DNA of 40,950 nucleotides from a virus (Duplodnaviria; Heunggongvirae; Uroviricota; Caudoviricetes): IMG/VR virus record IMGVR_UViG_2531839619_000023; one strand, 5' to 3'. Shown piece by piece: positions 36,193 to 40,950 of this stretch (position 1 is its first letter; each line of letters starts with the position of its first letter). The notes under the pieces were generated by a model. It saw only the letters and a program-made list of their open reading frames with translations, ran no database searches and was not told where the DNA came from. The position numbers and the translations under genes were made by a program.

Positions 36193-36655
36193 AATGCACG
36201 TTTTGTGTATTTTCCCTCCTGGGAGAACAGGCAGGACATATCAGCATCCTGAAACAGGAAGCATTTTTGGGTTTGTATGTCTTGCCATTTTGAGATCGAG
36301 AACGGCGATAGATGAGCTGTAAGGGAGTCTTACAGGCAGGGCAAACAGGCTCTTTCATCCATGATAAAGATCTCCTTTTTATGCATCTCTGCTTTACAGG
36401 AGACCGGGGAATATCATAGGATACGCCACGAGCTCGAAGTAAAGCATTGATGCAAGTTTTTACAGATTGACCCAGCATAGTTCCAGCTATGCTGGGTTTC
36501 ACTTTTATGTAGTATCCTGTTGATTTGAAACATACTACATATACGCGTGATCCTACCTTCACTGTATAAAAAGTCAATAAAATGATCATTTTATGATCGT
36601 TTTCACCACCTAACTCTTCGTTTTCTTTAAGTAAATAATCACCTCCCTGAATCAT
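36191..36655 (-). CDS. Hypothetical Cys-rich basic protein (possible zinc ribbon); doubtful gene
   Basis: 154-aa minus-strand ORF in the AT-rich region with a CPAC...CPAC pair near the C-terminus; no convincing Shine-Dalgarno; overlaps the GATC-rich region. Confidence 0.25.
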   Translation of the reverse strand: MIQGGDYLLKENEELGGENDHKMIILLTFYTVKVGSRVYVVCFKSTGYYIKVKPSIAGTMLGQSVKTCINALLRARGVSYDIPRSPVKQRCIKRRSLSWMKEPVCPACKTPLQLIYRRSRSQNGKTYKPKNASCFRMLICPACSPRRENTQNVH

Positions 36656-36702
36656 TGTTGATGACTTTTCAATCTATTTGTTGTATCAATTAAACAAATC
36701 GA

Positions 36703-36725
36703 ATCGATCGTTTTTGTCGATCGAT
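36703..36725. promoter_or_regulatory. Palindromic operator-like element with two GATC (Dam) sites upstream of com-mom
   Basis: ATCGATCG tttttgt CGATCGAT, a perfect 8-bp inverted repeat about 45 bp upstream of the com ATG. Further GATC sites at 36548, 36584 and 36595. In Mu the mom promoter is Dam/OxyR regulated through upstream GATC sites. Confidence 0.5.
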
Positions 36726-36769
36726 TGCATGAGAAAGGCATCAACAACAAAGCAGGAGGTTATGCGGTC

Positions 36770-36970
36770 ATGTATCGAAACATACGGTGCCGACACTGCA
36801 ATAAGCTACTGGCACGGGCCAGTTTCAGTTATCTGGAAGTAAAATGTCCGCGCTGTAAAACCCTCAATCAAATCACATCTCCGAGCGCCACAGAGCACCC
36901 CACATACACAAGGAAATCCTGTCGTGGGGAACAGAAAGCAAGTCACATCCCGAATCATCAGCACGCCTGA
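36770..36970 (+). CDS. com: Com, zinc-finger translational activator of mom
   Basis: [35 protein letters not shown] matches Mu Com (IRCKNCNKLL...IRCPRCK); ribosome-binding site AGCAGGAGG; overlaps the mom start. Confidence 0.8.
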   Translation: MYRNIRCRHCNKLLARASFSYLEVKCPRCKTLNQITSPSATEHPTYTRKSCRGEQKASHIPNHQHA

Positions 36971-37661
36971 ACTTATTCGCTATAACGACAATATCGTTGG
37001 TTATGGCTCCCGTGAGTTGCGGGTTGAGACAATAAGTTGCTGGCTGGCCAGACTGGTCATCGTCAATAAACATTACAGCCACCGTTTCGTAAATAACTCC
37101 TACCTTCATCTGGGCATATTTTCAGAACGGGAACTTGTTGGCGTAATGCAATGGGGTTACGCCCTTAACCCAAACAGTGGTGCACGCGTCGTAACGGGTA
37201 CGCAGAACCGAGAATATATGGAGCTTAACCGGCTATGGCTGCATGACTGTATGCCGAGAAACTCCGAATCAAGGGCAATCAGTTACGCGCTCAAGCTAAT
37301 CAGGCAGCTTTATCCGCAGGTACAGTGGGTTCAGTCGTTTGCAGATGAGCGTTGTGGCTGTCTTGGTGTCGTGTATCAGGCAAGCAATTTTGATTATGTA
37401 GGCAGCCATGAATCAATATTCTATGAACTTGATGGCGAGTGGTATCACGAGATTTGCAGGAATGCCATTAAACGAGGCGGACAACGAGGTGAACATCTGA
37501 GGGCTAATATTGACAGAGCCAGTGTTCATAAGTTCCGACAGTTTCGTTACATCCGGTTTCTGAACAAGAGGGCCAGAAAACGCCTCAACACAAAGCTATT
37601 CAAAGTCCAGCCTTACCCAAAACCACAAACAGTTAAAACTGGTTTGAAAGAGAGTGAATGA
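36924..37661 (+). CDS. mom: Mom DNA modification protein (adenine modification, anti-restriction)
   Basis: 245 aa immediately after and overlapping com, the last prophage gene before the right end, as in Mu; GTG start inside com. Confidence 0.8.
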   Translation: MGNRKQVTSRIISTPELIRYNDNIVGYGSRELRVETISCWLARLVIVNKHYSHRFVNNSYLHLGIFSERELVGVMQWGYALNPNSGARVVTGTQNREYMELNRLWLHDCMPRNSESRAISYALKLIRQLYPQVQWVQSFADERCGCLGVVYQASNFDYVGSHESIFYELDGEWYHEICRNAIKRGGQRGEHLRANIDRASVHKFRQFRYIRFLNKRARKRLNTKLFKVQPYPKPQTVKTGLKESE

Positions 37662-37699
37662 GCGCTTAAAAACTCATTCTAAAACTCAAAAGAAAAGCG

Positions 37700-37775
37700 C
37701 CGATTTAGTATCAAATAAGTTGCGTATCGGCGTTTTTCAGCGGTATCAAATGAAATGCAAATCGGTATCAAAAAA
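37700..37775. other. Prophage right-end region with putative transposase-binding repeats (candidate attR)
   Basis: Repeats of GTATCAAA(T/A) at about 37708, 37743 and 37764; GCGTTTTTC (reverse complement GAAAAACGC) as in Mu R1; candidate terminal CA at 37758-37759. Confidence 0.35.
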
Positions 37776-40571
37776 ATCGCCGCGCTATACGTTCCGCGCC
37801 TGGCAATGTATGCTCATAAAGAAGATTGCGGCAGTCTGCTGGTACAAATTAACCATCCGCAAGTCATCCGCACCTTGCTGTTAGTTGCTGATAAAAACAA
37901 ACCCAGCCTGCAACGTGTGGCTAAATACAGTAAAAACTTCCCCCATGCGACGCTCGCCGCACTGGCAGAACTGCTGGCGTTAAAAGAACCACCAGCCCGC
38001 CCTGGTTATCCAATCATCGAAGACAAAAAGCTGCCTGCACAGCAAAAAGCTCGAGAAGAATACTGGCGTACGCTGTTACAAACGCTGATGGCATCGCAGC
38101 CACAACTGGCAGCAGAAGTGATGTCGTGGTTAAGTACTCAAGCCAGGGCAGTGCTGAAGAGTTATTTATCGGCACTGCCAAAACCGGTTATTGATGGCAC
38201 CGATAACAGCAATCTGCCTGAAATCCTCGTTTCACCACCGTGGCGTAGTAAGAAAAAAATGACAGCTCCACGTCTTGATTTGGCACGGCTCGAATTAACT
38301 CCGCAAGTTTACTGGCAACCAGGCGAACGAGAGAGGCTTGCCGCCACTGAGTCTGCCCGTTATTTCAGCACGGAATCTCTTGCGCAACGCATGGAACAAA
38401 AAAGTGGGCGAGTTGTATTACAGGAACTGGGTTTTGGGGATGATGTATGGCTGTTTTTGAATTATATACTCCCTGGAAAACTGGATGCTGCACGCAATTC
38501 ACTCATTGTTCAGTGGCATTACTACCAGGGGCGGGTTGAAGAGATCCTGAATGGCTGGAACTCCCCGGAAGCACAATTAGCAGAACAGGCGCTCCGCAGC
38601 GGTCACATAGAAGCGTTAATTAACATATGGGAAAATGACAACTACTCACGTTATCGTCCGGAAAAGAGTGTCTGGAACCTGTATTTATTGGCACAGTTGC
38701 CGCGTGAGATGGCTTTGACTTTCTGGCTGCGTATCAATGAGAAAAAGCATCTGTTCGCGGGAGAGGACTATTTTCTCAGTATCCTCGGATTGGATGCGCT
38801 ACCAGGTCTGCTGTTGGCTTTTTCACATCGTCCAAAAGAAACATTTCCGTTAATTTTAAATTTCGGCGCAACAGAACTGGCCCTGCCCGTTGCCCGCGTC
38901 TGGCGACGTTTCGCGGCGCAGCGTGATCTGGCTCGCCAGTGGATTTTACAATGGCCGGAACATACGGCTACTGCACTTATCCCTCTTGTCTTCACCAAAT
39001 CTAGCGATAAAAGCGAAGCTGCATTACTTGCCCTGCGTTTACTTTACGAACATGGGCATGGCGAATTGCTACAAACTGTAGCCAATCGTTGGCAGCGTAC
39101 AGATGTATGGCCTGCCCTGGAGCATTTACTGAAACAGGGTCCCATGGAAATTTACCCGGCACGCATTCCAAAAGCCCCTGATTTCTGGCATCCGCAAATG
39201 TGGTCCAGGCCGCGCCTTATCACTAATAATCAACCTGTTACCGATGACGCTCTGGAAATTATCGGCGAAATGCTGCGCTTTACCCAGGGGGGACGTTTTT
39301 ATAGCGGGCTGGAACAACTGAAAACGTTCTGCCAGCCACAAACGCTGGCAGCTTTTGCCTGGGATCTCTTCACTGCGTGGCAACAAGCTGGTGCCCCCGC
39401 AAAAGACAACTGGGCATTTCTGGCGTTAAGTCTCTTTGGTGACGAAAGCACGGCACGGGATCTAACAACACAGATCCTCGCCTGGCCACAAGGCAAATCT
39501 GCCCGTGCTGTCAGCGGCCTGAACATCCTTACCCTGATGAATAATGATATGGCGCTGATACAGCTGCATCATATATCGCAACGGGCTAAATCCCGCCCCT
39601 TACGTGATAACGCGGCGGAATTTCTTCAGGTAGTCGCAGAAAATCGCGGGCTAAGCCAGGAAGAGCTAGCGGACAGATTAGTCCCAACCCTGGGCCTTGA
39701 TGATCCGCAGGCGTTGAGTTTTGATTTTGGTCCCCGGCAGTTTACCGTTCGCTTCGATGAAAACCTCAACCCGGTTATCTTTGATCAGCAAAACGTTCGC
39801 CAGAAAAGCGTTCCCCGGTTGCGCGCCGATGACGATCAACTGAAAGCGCCCGAGGCACTGGCCCGACTAAAAGGGCTAAAAAAAGATGCTACTCAGGTGA
39901 GCAAAAACCTGCTCCCGCGTCTTGAAGCTGCCCTACGTACCACCCGACGCTGGTCGCTGGCAGATTTTCATTCTCTGTTTGTTAATCATCCCTTTACCCG
40001 TCTGGTTACCCAGCGATTAATATGGGGGGTTTATCCGGCAAATGAACCGCGTCGTTTACTCAACGCCTTTCGTGTGGCCGCAGAGGGGGGGTTCTGCAAT
40101 GCGCAAGATGAGCCAATTGACCTGCCTGCGGACGCTCTGATTGGCATTGCCCACCCGTTAGAAATGACAGCAGAAATGCGCAGTGAATTTGCACAGCTTT
40201 TTGCCGATTACGAAATTATGCCGCCTTTTCGCCAGTTGGCGCGCCGCACGGTGCTGCTCACACCTGATGAGTCAACCAGTAACAGCCTGACTCGCTGGGA
40301 AGGTAAATCCGCTACCGTTGGGCAACTTATGGGAATGCGATACAAAGGCTGGGAGTCAGGTTATGAGGACGCATTTGTCTATGACCTGGGTGAGTACCGG
40401 CTGGTCCTTAAGTTTTCACCCGGTTTTAACCACTACAATGTTGATAGCAAAGCGTTAATGAGCTTCCGTTCTCTTCGAGTGTACCGTGACAATAAATCCG
40501 TCACTTTTGCCGAACTTGATGTGTTTAATTTGAGTGAGGCGTTAAGCGCACCTGACGTCATTTTCCATTAA
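37755..40571 (+). CDS. Large host protein of unknown function; probably the 3' portion of a host gene interrupted by the prophage
   Basis: 938-aa ORF with host-like composition beginning inside the prophage end; the frame is open upstream to 37719, so the called ATG is probably not the real start. Family not assigned. Confidence 0.55.
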   Translation: MQIGIKKIAALYVPRLAMYAHKEDCGSLLVQINHPQVIRTLLLVADKNKPSLQRVAKYSKNFPHATLAALAELLALKEPPARPGYPIIEDKKLPAQQKAREEYWRTLLQTLMASQPQLAAEVMSWLSTQARAVLKSYLSALPKPVIDGTDNSNLPEILVSPPWRSKKKMTAPRLDLARLELTPQVYWQPGERERLAATESARYFSTESLAQRMEQKSGRVVLQELGFGDDVWLFLNYILPGKLDAARNSLIVQWHYYQGRVEEILNGWNSPEAQLAEQALRSGHIEALINIWENDNYSRYRPEKSVWNLYLLAQLPREMALTFWLRINEKKHLFAGEDYFLSILGLDALPGLLLAFSHRPKETFPLILNFGATELALPVARVWRRFAAQRDLARQWILQWPEHTATALIPLVFTKSSDKSEAALLALRLLYEHGHGELLQTVANRWQRTDVWPALEHLLKQGPMEIYPARIPKAPDFWHPQMWSRPRLITNNQPVTDDALEIIGEMLRFTQGGRFYSGLEQLKTFCQPQTLAAFAWDLFTAWQQAGAPAKDNWAFLALSLFGDESTARDLTTQILAWPQGKSARAVSGLNILTLMNNDMALIQLHHISQRAKSRPLRDNAAEFLQVVAENRGLSQEELADRLVPTLGLDDPQALSFDFGPRQFTVRFDENLNPVIFDQQNVRQKSVPRLRADDDQLKAPEALARLKGLKKDATQVSKNLLPRLEAALRTTRRWSLADFHSLFVNHPFTRLVTQRLIWGVYPANEPRRLLNAFRVAAEGGFCNAQDEPIDLPADALIGIAHPLEMTAEMRSEFAQLFADYEIMPPFRQLARRTVLLTPDESTSNSLTRWEGKSATVGQLMGMRYKGWESGYEDAFVYDLGEYRLVLKFSPGFNHYNVDSKALMSFRSLRVYRDNKSVTFAELDVFNLSEALSAPDVIFH

Positions 40572-40632
40572 AAACACAGCGGGCAGTGATGCAACTGCCC
40601 GTTATCAACACGACTTACCAGCGGGGAAAGCG

Positions 40633-40950
40633 ATGATCGTGCAAAAAGAGCTGGTTGCTATTTACGATTATGAGGTCCCTGTACCTGAAGATCCGTTTTC
40701 CTTCAGACTTGAGATCCATAAATGCTCTGAATTATTTACAGGTTCCGTCTATCGACTGGAGCGATTCCGGCTACGTTCAACATTTCATCAACGTGATCGA
40801 GAAGATGCTGACCCGCTAATAAATGATGCGTTGATTTATATAAGAGATGAGTGTATTGATGAGCGGAAATTACGAGGTGAATCACCTGAAACTGTAATAG
40901 CAATTTTTAATCGTGAACTACAGAATATATTCAACCAAGAAATAGAATAA
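40633..40950 (+). CDS. Hypothetical host protein
   Basis: 105-aa ORF with ATG at 40633 and TAA as the last three bases of the window. Confidence 0.45.
   Translation: MIVQKELVAIYDYEVPVPEDPFSFRLEIHKCSELFTGSVYRLERFRLRSTFHQRDREDADPLINDALIYIRDECIDERKLRGESPETVIAIFNRELQNIFNQEIE

Larger units (their letters stand above)
1..37759 (+). mobile_element. Mu-like transposable prophage (Ner side at window start; left end and repressor lie outside the window; right end approximate)
   Basis: Mu gene order throughout: ner, A, B, early genes, Mor/C, lysis, head, tail, gin, com, mom. The end is placed near 37759 because the plus-strand terminus TGAAATGCA, read outward-in, resembles the Mu L1 end and contains a GAAAAACGC core like Mu R1, and because a host-like large ORF follows. 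Confidence 0.75.

Noticed and set aside
1-40950. CRISPR arrays, integrase genes, IS elements
   Set aside because: No regularly spaced direct repeats, no tyrosine or serine integrase apart from the Gin invertase, and no IS-type transposase outside the MuA homologue were seen on reading the sequence and translations.

Overview
The window is almost entirely one Mu-like transposable prophage, running from a Ner-like gene at position 1 to a right end near 37.7 kb, followed by about 3 kb of host DNA. The calls rest on reading the six-frame translations by eye against Mu gene order; no database search was run. Gene order matches phage Mu: ner, transposase A, ATPase B, a block of about 15 small early genes (including Gam and a GemA-like protein), a strong intrinsic terminator, a Mor/C-family activator, a holin-less lysis cassette (signal-anchor-release (SAR) endolysin, overlapping spanins, releasin-like protein), terminase, portal, head genes F/G/I/T, sheath, tube, a two-frame tail chaperone, tape measure, baseplate genes and a tail fibre. 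The fibre's C-terminus lies inside a roughly 1.4 kb Gin-invertible segment bounded by gix-like inverted repeats, with gin immediately downstream. Between gin and com-mom sits non-Mu cargo: a 679-aa SASA/SGNH-type carbohydrate esterase (resembling prophage NanS-p sialate O-acetylesterases), two small ORFs and an AT-rich region. The most notable observations are this esterase cargo, the invertible segment carrying only one fibre assembly gene, a low-GC accessory block in the early region (about 6950-8530), a tRNA-like minihelix between F and G, a -2 frameshift site (CGGGGGC) in the tail chaperone, and a GATC-bearing palindrome upstream of com. No CRISPR array, integrase or tRNA-type attachment site was seen. 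I did not find a clearly novel multi-gene system; the candidates for new biology are the uncharacterised early-region genes and the gin-mom cargo.
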